Assembly: GCA_020536535.1 (NCBI GenBank)
Contig: JAHLWZ010000450.1
Span: 2,991 to 66,990 of the forward strand
DNA length: 64,000 nt
Direction: 5' to 3'
DNA from: Pelomyxa schiedti
Taxonomy: Eukaryota; Protista; Evosea
The position numbers and the translations under genes are program-made. This document shows, piece by piece, positions 25,801 to 37,526 of the stretch. How positions within the stretch are numbered: the first letter of the stretch is position 1; every line of letters starts with the position of its first letter. The notes under the pieces are model-generated. The model was not told the DNA's origin. It saw only the letters and a list, made by a program, of their open reading frames with translations, and did not search any database.

Positions 25801-28800
25801 CCTGGATCTGGTCGTTTCATTGACGTTGAGGTTGTCATTAGGCAACCAATCCCACTCATCCTAAATAGGTTTGGATTCCAACTGGTTCCTCTCATTACAC
25901 ATCAAAAACAGCGTTTAGCTACAGTGGTATGAAAGACTCTTTCCTTCTATCCTTCCTAATTGTTTTTGAATTACTTCCTTCTTGCAAAAGATCCAATTAT
26001 TGACTTCATAACCCCTTGTTCAACTGCTGGCCAGAGTCCCGTTTTTATCAATGGATCCAACTTTGGCCCACTACTAACTAACGTGTCCGTCAAAATTGGT
26101 GGAGAGCTATGCCAGAATGCTTCTGTTACTATTCCTCATACTCAGATTATGTGTTATCCTCCGCCAGGAGTTGGCGCCAATATTGTTGTTCAACTATCAG
26201 TCCCCAGTAAGAAAACTGACACCAGTTATCCTATTGAGATTTCATCCCCAATTTTTTCCTATTCTCGTAAGCAGCCAAGTCTGCACTTCAGTAAAACTTA
26301 TACCGTGCAGCTCCTTTGCTGTTGTCCACAAAGGGCTCTGGTACAGATGGGAGAAGAGAACTCAAAATTCTTGGTTCTAATCTTGGCCCTTTTGGTACAA
26401 ATGTGTGTTTGCCCCACTGATTCCTTCATTTAGTGATTTGTAACAGATGCTCGTTCTTGTAAATGGAGAGATTTGCGAGTCACCCAGAATAACACAAGAG
26501 CACGTGGAAATTGGGTGTTTTGCCTCTCCAGGCGTTGGAACAAATCTCCCTGTGACTGTTTTCATTCCAGCAACTGTCAGTGAAGCACAAAACTTTTCAG
26601 CCAATATTTTTTCTTATGACCGTAATCTCCTGCACTGCCCCCCCTTTGACACTCACATGTTATTGTAGCTCCATTCATAAGTTACTCAACCCTTGGTGAT
26701 ACCACTGGGCTGGTCCCTGTTTCTATATTTGGCACTGATTTTGGTCCGAACTTGACCATTATAAGTGTTACTATTGATGGAGTAGCCTGCAGTGCCTATG
26801 TCAAAACGCCTCACACAGAAATATCTTTTCTGCCGCCCGTTGGTGTTGGAAGTGATCATAATATCTCAGTTGCAGTTCCCGAAGGAGGTCAAATTGGATT
26901 GGGGATGTTTTCATACAAATGTATGTATTCATTGTGAATTTCCTTATGAAGTTTACTTTCTCTATAGACCCTCACATAAATTCAACAACTCGTGCTTCCA
27001 CAACCGGACTTGAGAGGTATATCCCCTTTTCTCCTTTTCATCTAAGCTCAACAAAGAACGATAATAACTGGGGAAAACTTTGGTCCTTCCATAACACCAG
27101 TATTTGTGACAGTGGGAGGAGCTGAATGCATAAATGCCACAGTAGTTGTGGATCACAAACAAATAGAAGTAGGCCTGTAAAATGACGATACCTTTTGTAC
27201 TAATACTATTAATAGTGCTACCCTCCCCCCGGTGTAGGCTGTGGAAATACAGTTCAGGTATTCGTTCCGACTGGGTCGTCGCAATTCGGTTCCGCCACTT
27301 CTTTTTGTTATTCTGGCTAGTCTCCCTTTGAAAACTTTTTCTTTTTCTGTTAATGCACCATTAGAGCCTGTCATTGACGATATTCCAGCAGTGCAAACAC
27401 TGGGAGAAAGTATTATCATTAGTGTATGCAAGTTCCCATTTAGTCTCGATTTATTTGCATTAGGGTACAAACTTTGGACCTGGTGGTTCATTCTATAAAA
27501 TAAGTGGTTTTGTGGATAACAGCTCTACGTTTATTGCGTCATGGTTAAATCAGAGTGCTATCATGGCTCCAATTCCTGCTGGTACTGGCCTGAACCACTT
27601 CATAAGAGTGCAAGTAAAAAATATTTACTCCAACACTATTAAGCTGAACTATCAAGGTATACCACTTGATTCCCACAACTGTAACGTCCTCCTAGGTCCG
27701 GTCGTTTTATCAGCATCACCAACCAGCACTGCAGGAGATGAGTATACAAGAATTTCTGGTTCTAATTTTGGGCCTCTTGTCACGAATGTAAAACCCCGAG
27801 ATACTGTACAAATACTAACCCATGAAGGTTTCAGTTACTATAAACGGTCAACCTTGTGAGGATGCACATGTCTCGCACCCAGGAGTAGAAATTTCCTGCT
27901 TGCCTTGTATGGGGATTGGTACAGGGAATCTTATTGAGGTATCATTTTGTAACACAAGAAATCAGCTTAGGTATCCACTAGATAATAATCCCAGCCAACT
28001 CAGAGAATTCCCAGTCTGCATCTGCAAATATATTTTCTTACCGGGGTAGGGAAGTTGTCTTATTTTCCATTTCACTTAAGATTCTTAGCGCCGTCTATTG
28101 AGTCAGTAGCAGTAACGAGTTGCACCAGTGGCACATTAAATATTACTGGCTCAAACTTCGGTGCAAATGAATCCGAGATATCCATTTTAATTGGAGGGGA
28201 ACGCTGCAAGGACACAGTTATGACAACATTCCATACTGCATTGTCATGCAAGATTCCTCCAAAAGTGAAATCTGGAGATTCTGTTGTAGTAGTAGTTGCT
28301 TCTCAGGAAAGCAATCATGCCTCTTTGCCTTGTACCAAGAAGCTCAACCTCCCTTTGGTGATAGGAGTTTGTGGGGGTGGTGCTCTCTTACTTGTTTCTT
28401 CGGCAGTTGTGGCTACTGCCTGCATTTGCTTTCGAAAGAGGTTCCAAAAACCACAAATGGTTATGCCTTCTAAAGGAAAGCAGGAGACATTATTTCCCAG
28501 GAGAGGTTCCAATGAATGATCTCTGGACAACAGATGAGTCAAATGAAGACGTCTTTGATGAATCGAAGTCACTGTATACCCCCTTTCTTTCCAGACTTGT
28601 TTGTAATCCCCTGTAGGGCTGTGGAAAATGATGACTTCATTCTTAACGTAAGTTTGCCATACATTCAAACCCCAAATAATCTACATTCAGGTGTCGATTT
28701 CCACTTTATCTTTTGGGCTTGGATCACACCGAGCCCCTGTGGATAAACAATTGGAAGAATCAATTGAATTGACCAACTATACCAAGAAACCCATCATTTA

Positions 28801-30516
28801 TAAGTTCTATCCACCACCATCCAGAAAGATTGCAATGTCCTTTAGTCCCCAGAGCGTTATCCTTGAACCGGTTAGTAATTTGACTCTTCATTTTTGTAAC
28901 TTGGCGAAAAGATGGGTCAAGTTGACGTTCTTGTTACATGCACTATGCTGTGTACGACATCAATATCAGGTTCTGTCACATTGGCTGCTTCATTTGGTTA
29001 GACGTCGAAGTTTTAGTGCCAATCCTTAATTGCACTTGGATATCAGGTCGCAATTTTGGGGAGAAACCATTGCAGCATATTACTATCCCACTCACCTTAG
29101 AATCGAAGCTGTCAACGAAACTGGATCCTGACGAAATTATTTTACATACTCCGGCTATTGGTAGGTACTTTGGGCATGCTATTCTTATTCTAACACCCAA
29201 AAACAGGTGAAGGTATATGTACAATCAAACTTGTAACAAGTTATAATAATTATCAAAGGCTCTTTTGGATTTGTCTATAAGGGGGAGTGGCGTAGTCAAA
29301 CTGTTGCTGTCAAGGTATTCTGAACTTAGATATCTAAATGATACATAAAATGTTTCAGATTCTCAAAAATCAGGAAAGTGCTACACAGGCAATGCATGAC
29401 GAGTTTCTTCAGGAGGTGTGCCTATGATAACCTAGAAACGATCTAAAAATGAATAGATTCAAACATTGGAGTCATTCCGATGCCCACAGGTAATCATCTT
29501 CTGTAACCCGGGTTGGTACCCACGTCCTCTAGATAGTGAATTTCGTTGGTGCAATTCATATTAAGAAGAGGCTTGCCATATTAACAGTATGGATGAACAT
29601 TCATGAAAACCCATTAAGAGAATTAGGAATTTATGGAACTGGGAAGTCTGTCACATGTGATTGAACACAATAAACTCACAATAAAGCAAAAATATAAAAT
29701 TCTTTTGGACTGTGCACGTGGGATGAGCTACCTGCACAAGGTTCTCATTCTCTCATCTTTGTGTTTTTTCTCATTTTTTTAGAGTGGCATTATTCACCGG
29801 TATCATTGAACTATTTTTTCCCCCGGTGTTCATTGTATGCAGAGACCTTAAAGCAGACAACATTCTACTCGCCACACTTGACACAAGTGCGGCAGTGTGT
29901 GCAAAATTAACCGATTTTGGAACAACACGAGATATCACAACCTCAGCTGCCGATCTTCAGATGACCAAGGCAGTTGGGTGAGTAAATTCTATCCAAGTAA
30001 ACAGTGATCTCACACACATTAGAACACCTGCATATATGAGTCCAGGTATATCCTAGGGGTAAGTAAATAAGGGATCTCATTTGATTGCAGAAATTCTACA
30101 AAATGCGCCCTACGACTTCTCCACTGACGTGTACAGTTTCGCCGTATTGTCTTACTTCGTATTCACAGAGAAGGGTACTCCTGTTTTTTTCCTTGTCAGT
30201 GTTCTTACAGCTTTTAGTCCCTTTCAGTGATTCTGAGTTCCGTGGTTCTTCTTGGAGTGAGTCACCCCTCCTTTAAATACAACCACTTAACCACTGTGCA
30301 GAAATTCTAGAGTTTGTAATTTCCGGGAAGGTATTTCTTTTTCTTTACTCTGGCACCAAAAACTAAACCCAACAAAAGAGGTTGACTTTGACAGAGAAAG
30401 TACCCAGTGATGCTGTTCCCTTGATAGGAAGTTGTTGGGCACAAGAACCATCCACAAGGCCAAAGTTTGACTCTGTCGTCTCCGCACTGGAGCCCCTTTT
30501 TGACAGCAGCACCTGA
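19870..30516 (+). CDS. Receptor protein kinase: signal peptide, ~25 IPT/TIG domains, TM helix, juxtamembrane Ig-like segment and TKL kinase (Entamoeba TMK-like intracellular part); very many introns
   Basis: Signal peptide MSLRLWLSYSIVVCVLLGSVSA. The motif ITGxNFG..V.V.IGG..C...I.C.PPPG.G...FSY recurs about every 330 bp from 20090 to 28330. TM segment LPLVIGVCGGGALLLVSSAVVATACICFRKR. Kinase motifs LSTKLDPDEI, IGEGSFGFVYKG, VAVK, HRDLKADN, LTDFG, GTPAYMSPE, DVYSFA and CWAQEPSTRPKF. Confidence 0.92.
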
Positions 30517-30665
30517 TAACAAAGCCACGAAACAAATACAATAGACCAACACTAGAATCAAAACACAAAAAAAAAAGAGTGAGAGACTACCCACGAGGCA
30601 AATGAGAGGAATAAAATAAGCGTTTCATTCTTCTTCAAATTGCTTGTTCTTCATTTGGGTGTATT

Positions 30666-33600
30666 CTATCTACTAACTCCACCATCCACATTCATGCAAA
30701 AGCTCACCCCACATATCACAACAACCTCGGGCACTCTCTGCATACATATAGTAGTCCCGGAAGTACCGCACCTGTTGATTTTTAGCTTACTAGTTTGTCC
30801 GGGAGGTTTGATACATGTGCAGAGATATCCATCCACAGAGTTGTTGGTGGCCGGTACCATATAAGGATTACATGTTTGAGACGGAGTATATCCTGTGCGT
30901 TCTGAGAATGTAGTAATCCTGTATCATTCATACCATAAGGCCTGCCTTTCCCTGACAAATGAGATGTAGGGAGGGAGGCATGTGCGCCATGAAGCTCATT
31001 TCACCAATGTTGAAAACCACAGGGAGACTATTTTCCCACAGGCCATTAATTACTGCAATATTCTCTTGTAAAGGCTGAAGCCATTCCAAAGGGTCACAAG
31101 CAACTACAGTATCAATATTCCTTTTAATGACTGCACACCAAACACCCTCTCCTGGTCGCATGATCTTTGTTTTTTTTTTTTTTTGGCTTAGCAAAAAACT
31201 CAGTGCCTTCCTTTGTAACCTTCAGCCAAGCTTCCCACTGATTACCTACTGCTATAGCCGCCAATCTCCAGTTCCTACACTGCTTATGAATTTTCGATCC
31301 ATGAAAAAGTAGATACCTTATCATACTTGCTTCATTGTCACCATACTTGAGAGCAACCCTAATAAAAAGGTAGTTGAGTTATAGCTGAGACAATTTACTC
31401 TACTTGCTGTATTGCTTTGCTTGCAAAGAAACGTCATACCACTGTTTGCATGTGAGGGCACACGAGTTCAAATCGACAATATCCAAGAAACTAACTTGTT
31501 TATTGGGTTTCCTAAAAACGCAACTACTTTTGGCAAACCTGAAAATAACTTCAAGGCACGCATTGGGTAAAATTTGTTCAACCTGCGCTGTTGCTCTCTC
31601 TAGAACACCGCATGTTGATGCCAAATAATTGGCACACTCAGTAAATTGAGGAACGTGATAAAGAGCCACCTAGAGCCGTTGGAAAAGGAAATGAAAAGGA
31701 ACCTTACTTCATGTGCTGTGAACTCTTTTTTATCAGGTGTGCGCTGTTGAGTGTTTAGTCCTTTCCCAACGAGCATCTTGAGAATGGATGGATCTTTATG
31801 ATGGGCAGCTAAATGCACCAATGAGTATTTTGTGGAAGGGATGTTCCAGTCTATTTTTGCCTCTAATTCAGTAGCTATTCTGGTCACTACAGTCCCATGC
31901 CTAAATGCAAGGTGCAATGCCGTCCAACCAGATCCTGAAACGGCTGTAAGCAATTGAGGCCCAACTCCCCTTTCTGTCTCCCCAGAAACAATCATGTCCA
32001 AAACTTTTAAAGCAACAGTGGTATCTTGGAGACGCAGTGATAAATAAAGTTCATTCCGCCCAAGTATATCTGTATTCCCAAGCTGCACAGAAGGGTTGCT
32101 CAAGAGTGCTAGAGACACTGGAGTCTTATTGTTCATAATAGACCTCATCAGTGGTGTTTCGTTTTTCTTGGATTTGGCATTCACTTGAGCTCCAATAAGA
32201 CACAAAACCTCGACTGCCTCAGGGCTCAGTGCTTTGTGCAAGGGGGTCTCATTATCAGAATCGCGCACTTCCCCGACAGTTTTATGAATACTGGAAATAA
32301 GCTTAAGTAGCTTGATATCATCAATCGACACTACGAAAAAGAGAATTGGCAGAGGATCTGCACCACAACTCAGTAGTTTGAATAGAAGTTCATTATCAAT
32401 GTCTTGATTGGATTTCCGCAAGGTACTACGTAAGGTTAAAAGCCGAGTCAATTGGAAAGGTCTACCATGTCAAAGCACTCTTCCCATCCTGATTAATATG
32501 ATTCAAGTCAATACCTGGAATTTGTAATAGCCACTCTGCCACTGTTCGATTACCAACTATAATAGACTCCATGAGTGGAGTGTTGCCTTCCGAAGATATG
32601 GCATTTATATTCACCCCAACTTTTAATAGGACCTCCCCTGCTTCAACACTACGGATATAGTGGGCAAGCATTTTTCCTGAAGCATTGGGTAAATCTTCGA
32701 TGACTCTGGCGGAAGATACAACAAATTTTAGCATATCCACATTATCAGTTTCAACAATGTCATGGAGGGAACTACTGGGATTGACCCCAGCACGAAGTAG
32801 AACTCCAAATACATTGTAGTAATACTTCTGCATTTCTTCTGAGACCTGCAGCAATGAGTGTGCCCATTTCAGAGTCTTCATCTCAGAGGAAATGTATTGT
32901 AATGTAAGATTTTTTTCTTTGTCACTCACTCGAGTAGAGTTTGTAAGAGCTTCTATTGCAACAAGATTCTTGGTTATAACAGCATATCGGAGGGGTGAGT
33001 TGACATTGAGGTCAATGATAGGCGATTCTATAAAAACTTGGAGCAGATCACTGGAGCAGTGGGCTTTTATGGCATAGTGCAGAGGTGATGCCGCAATCTC
33101 TGTGCTAAAGAGTGCAGGAGCAGCTGCCAGTAGAGTGGAAAGGCAAGGCAGGGATCGAGAACCTGAAATCATATGCTGAACTGGGGTGCGTCCATGCTTG
33201 TCTTCAGAGGTAAAAGCATTTGGTCCCATAAACTTTAAAAGTACTTCAAGGCATTTTGTTGAACCTATCTTTGTTCAATCAACAATGGAAATTCAACTTC
33301 TTAGATACAAGAGAAACTAGGTGAACAAGGTTGTAACCATCTCTATTCTCCGTGAAAATAATCCCCTGTTTGGGCTCGGTACTAAGAAAAAAGGAACATG
33401 GCAAACCTGGGCTTTTTCCATGAGGTACCCTAACAGTTCTGCATTTTCAGATAGACAAGTTAAATGTAGCAAGCTGTTTTGTTTTGCATCTGAAGACTCA
33501 ATTTCAGTTTTGTTGGCCTCTACTTTCATTCTTACAAGAGCAGCGTTTCCTGTAATTGCAGCAAGTTTTGTCTTGAAAAGAAACTTAGTAATCACGAAGC

Positions 33601-34189
33601 AAGCTGTATTAAGAGTATACGTCGGTGCAGGGCAGGCCTGATGCAAGGGCATCGACAATATAGAACATTTCCATTGCATACACTTTCAATACATCCTCTG
33701 GCATCCCAGTTTCCACTTTCTCAACAATCGTACTGCATAAAATTTAGTATATAGATATAAATGGGTGCTAGAGAACCTCATTCTTGTTGCAATGTATTTA
33801 ATGGGTGCAGCAACAGTGGCTTTGGATTTAATAAAGCCAGGTATGCCATCAACTCTGGTCGTTACCTATTGCCAAATGAAAGGTGACCTTTCATAGTAGC
33901 ACACCAATTTCACCAATTTCTCTCTCTCACAAAAAAAACATACTTGCTGAAACAAATCAAGAAGATGGGTTCCTCCCCTGGTAGAAGGTGCAGATGCCAA
34001 TGCACGCGATAACCTCTCAACCAGAGGCCCCGTCAATGAGGTTGCCCTTGGTTTCTGTTTTGTTTGTGGGTCACACGCGTACAGTACACAAAAAAGCAAA
34101 GCCCTTGAAACGGGATTATGGCCCACCGTATTGGTTGGCGTTGCATAGTTTGCTCCGCTTTTACCTTTGGGCTGAAACGACACCCTCAT
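30666..34189 (-). CDS. Multi-ankyrin-repeat protein with F-box-like motif and a C-terminal domain (possibly profilin-like)
   Basis: More than 12 ankyrin-type motifs (NSLLHL, GRTPVQH, SPLHYA, GNTPLMES, ETPLHKA, GWTALHLA, SLVHLAA). F-box-like ILPNACLEVIFRF...DLNSCALTCKQWYDV at ~31430-31570. Start codon tentative. Confidence 0.8.
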
Positions 34190-34654
34190 GCTCCAAAAAA
34201 AAACAAAAAAAAACAAGAAGCGTGTGCACGAGACCAACTTGGAGATGCAGAAGAATCTAAGGACAACTGGCAGAATAAAAAAAACACCAGACCGCCGATC
34301 CTGAGCCACGATAACGAAATGACAGCGTTCCGGTCTGTTGATTATTTTATGCAGCCAACTAACCAAACGGCCACAGCAAGTGTACATAAAATTTTTTAAG
34401 TCCAGACAGAATTTGTTTGTTTGGGTGATGGAGGTACTCCAGCAAGTAGAAACTTGCTTGAGAAAACGGTTGGCATTATTTTAATAAGAGGTCGGACATA
34501 GGATTCCTTTTAGGTATATTTACAGCAATCTGCAAAAAGAAAGTTAGGCAAGCTGAGCGAGGAAATTGCATTTTATTTGGGAGAGTATCCCACACAAACT
34601 CGCTGTTTACATCCACACACGGTACTACAAACATGGACATACACAAGGTATCAT

Positions 34655-35506
34655 CTATAGCAGGTTGCACCCTCCCCCATCCTTTTTGCCTCCTTTCGCC
34701 TTTCCTCCTTTACCAGTGGTAGTGGTACTTTTCTGCAGGCCTGAAACACCACCCGATGGTTTTTTTGCTTTATCGGCAGCATCTTTCCCAGCCACAACCC
34801 GCGTTAGTAGGTCGTTGAAGATTTCATTCACGTTTGTGCCGTTAAGTGCACAAGCCTGCAAAAACCTAAGCAAAAAAAAAAAGTTCTAGACAGGGTCTTA
34901 CCTCGAAATAGGATGCACCGATTTGTGCCGCTGCCTGTTCCGCCTGTTCTCTGGTGACGACTCTCTCCAAATCGGTTTTGTTTCCGACGACGAATACAAC
35001 CTTGTTTTCACTGGCACAGTAGCGTTTGATCTCGTCTCCCCAGTCAACAACTCGCGAGAAGGTTTCTTCGTCGTTGAGATCAAACACGACCATATAACCT
35101 TCGCTTCGTTTGTAGGCGGCCGTTGTAAGATGTCTGAATCTTTCTTCGCCTGAACTGTCCCACGTCTATAGGACAAGGGTTAGGAACTAGGGAAACATTT
35201 GTGTTGTACTACAAGAGTGAAATCATGTACTTTTTTTTTTTGTTGAATTTCATTGTATGGTAATGCTTATGTTTATGTGTTGGTTTAGTGAAGCACAAGT
35301 ACCTTGACGCATATTTTTCGATCAGGTGCATCGATGTTCTTGATGTGGAAACCCTGTGCGTTCGGGGCAGCGGCGACACCAGGGCCTTGCATGTAGCACG
35401 ACACGAAAGTGGTTTTACCACTACCGGCCTCACCGCACATCATTAATTCTATCTCCAGTTTGGGTATGGCAGCGGGAGTGGCTGCGCCTTTGGTCTTCTT
35501 CGACAT
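34655..35506 (-). CDS. Divergent Rab-like small GTPase, 3 exons
   Basis: G1 GEAGSGKT; G3 WDSSGEERFR; G4 GNKTDL; G5 EACAL; C-terminal CaaX CNLL*. Confidence 0.9.
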
Positions 35507-36008
35507 GTTGTCTTGTTCGTTTGTCGCGCTGCGTGTGTGTTTGGTTTTGTGGTTTTTTTTTTTTTTTGTGTTCGTTTTTCGGTTCTTGCCCGGTTACTTT
35601 TTTTTCCTTCACATTTGAAAATAAAATCATTTTTCTGTGGATCATTCTTTACTTGAAAACAGTTGCTTTTATTTTTGCTCTTCACCACTATGGAATGGAA
35701 ATCTCAGGAGCTCCTTTTCTCTTACGGTAAGCACCTTTGTGTCCTGATCCACTTTCCCAATGAGAAAAGTTCCTTCTGATTTGATCCAGACATGTTTTCG
35801 GTCTATGTGAGAAGACCTACCTGCCATTCCCATCCTCATCGAAAAATGCATTATCACCGCAAGGCCCAGCTCTTCTGGAGTGACAGTCTGCAGCCCCTCC
35901 GGCCCACTCAGGTTCCAACCGAAATACCCTTGAATTCTTCGTCAGATTCGCTGGTTTGCTAGCAACAATAAACAATACGTCCAACTCACAACCGAAATAG
36001 AAACAAAA

Positions 36009-37244
36009 ATGGCCAAGGAACTGATCGCCAAAGGTGATGAGGCGTATTTCGACGACCAGTTCGAAAGCGCGCTGGCGTCGTACACCGCGGCGCTGGACCT
36101 CGACAGGTCGAGCACGGACGCCCTCGTGAGGCGCGCGCAGACGCACATCAAGATGTCCAACTTCCTCGACGCCGTCGCCGACGCCAGCGCGGCCATCGCC
36201 CTCGACCCCCGCAACGCCAAGGCCTTCCTGAAGAAGGGGGTCGCGGCCTTTTCCCTCGACGAGTTCGAGACCGCCCTCGAGGCCTTCCACGCCGTGGCTG
36301 AGCTAGATCCTTCTGAGGCGTCTTGCAAGATGTGGATTCGCAAATGCAAGGTCGAGCTGGGAATCACAGAGCCCAATCCCAAATCATCTGCAACTGCAGC
36401 CCCAACGACGCGCACGTCACATGCAACTGCAGCCCCAACGACGCCTTCGTCACATGCAATAACTACTCGGTCAGGACCAATAGGTAGTGAACCGATTGTG
36501 GCCTCAAAGCCGGCCTCAAAGCCTGCAGATACAAATACAAATATTAGTACTAATACTGATCCAAGTTCAAATACACCTGCAAATGGAAATACCACTCCAG
36601 CTCAACCGACAGCACCTTCAGTGGTTACCACTCCAACTCCAACTCCTACCCCTACTCCTGCTCCCGTTTTTAAGCCCATTGCGCCTAAGAAGTATGATTG
36701 GTATCAAAATGCAACGCATGTGGTGATTGAGGTGTTCCAGAAAAAAGTGCAGGAGCGGGATGTAAGTCTGGATGTGACAGAGCGCCACATGGACCTGAAC
36801 ATAAAGCTTCCAGAGGGGCGCGAATTCACCCTTGATATCAACCTGTGGGGCCCAGTGATATCTGGAGACACCACCAGGACTGTCATGCAGACCAAGGTGG
36901 AGATCAAACTGAAGAAGCAAAAAGCGGGGCAGACCTGGGCATCACTGGAGCCAATTACCGCCGCGCCCAAAGCACCGTCTCACCCGGGAACATCCAAGGA
37001 CTGGGATAAGATTGTGAATGAAGGCGAGAAGGACGAGGACAAGCCCACCGGTGACGCGGCACTGCAGGCTGTGTTCCAGCAGATTTTCGCCAACGGCTCG
37101 GAGGAGCAGCGCAGGGCAATGGTCAAGTCTTTCACTGAGAGCGGTGGCACAGTCTTGTCCACGAACTGGGAGGAAGTTGGAAAGGGGCACGTCAAGGGTT
37201 CACCTCCACCCGGACAGGAAATGCACAAGTGGGGTGACGATTGA
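36009..37244 (+). CDS. SGT1: SGT1 Hsp90 co-chaperone (TPR-CS-SGS), intronless
   Basis: N-terminal TPRs; CS domain YDWYQNATHVVIEVF...TKVEIKLKK; SGS domain FQQIFANGSEEQRRAMVKSFTESGGTVLSTNWEEVGK...PPPGQEMHKW. Confidence 0.97.
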   Translation: MAKELIAKGDEAYFDDQFESALASYTAALDLDRSSTDALVRRAQTHIKMSNFLDAVADASAAIALDPRNAKAFLKKGVAAFSLDEFETALEAFHAVAELDPSEASCKMWIRKCKVELGITEPNPKSSATAAPTTRTSHATAAPTTPSSHAITTRSGPIGSEPIVASKPASKPADTNTNISTNTDPSSNTPANGNTTPAQPTAPSVVTTPTPTPTPTPAPVFKPIAPKKYDWYQNATHVVIEVFQKKVQERDVSLDVTERHMDLNIKLPEGREFTLDINLWGPVISGDTTRTVMQTKVEIKLKKQKAGQTWASLEPITAAPKAPSHPGTSKDWDKIVNEGEKDEDKPTGDAALQAVFQQIFANGSEEQRRAMVKSFTESGGTVLSTNWEEVGKGHVKGSPPPGQEMHKWGDD

Positions 37245-37526
37245 AACCACACAATGCCGGAACCAAGTGGTACTACTTACTTGTTCCTCACGGGTTATCC
37301 AAACTAAACTAAACTAACATTACCATTACTTCGCCGTAAATAATACTCAAACCCAACACAAAACTCCAATAGAACTAAGTTCCATTTAGTTAGACTCTGT
37401 TGGCTCACTATGCATCCCACCCAAACGAAATTCCATTCCACCCTGTCACTTGCATTTTTTTGAAAGTTCCAATAAAAACTGTTGATTCCGAATCAGAAAG
37501 CCACAAAAAAACAAAGAAAAGGAAAC

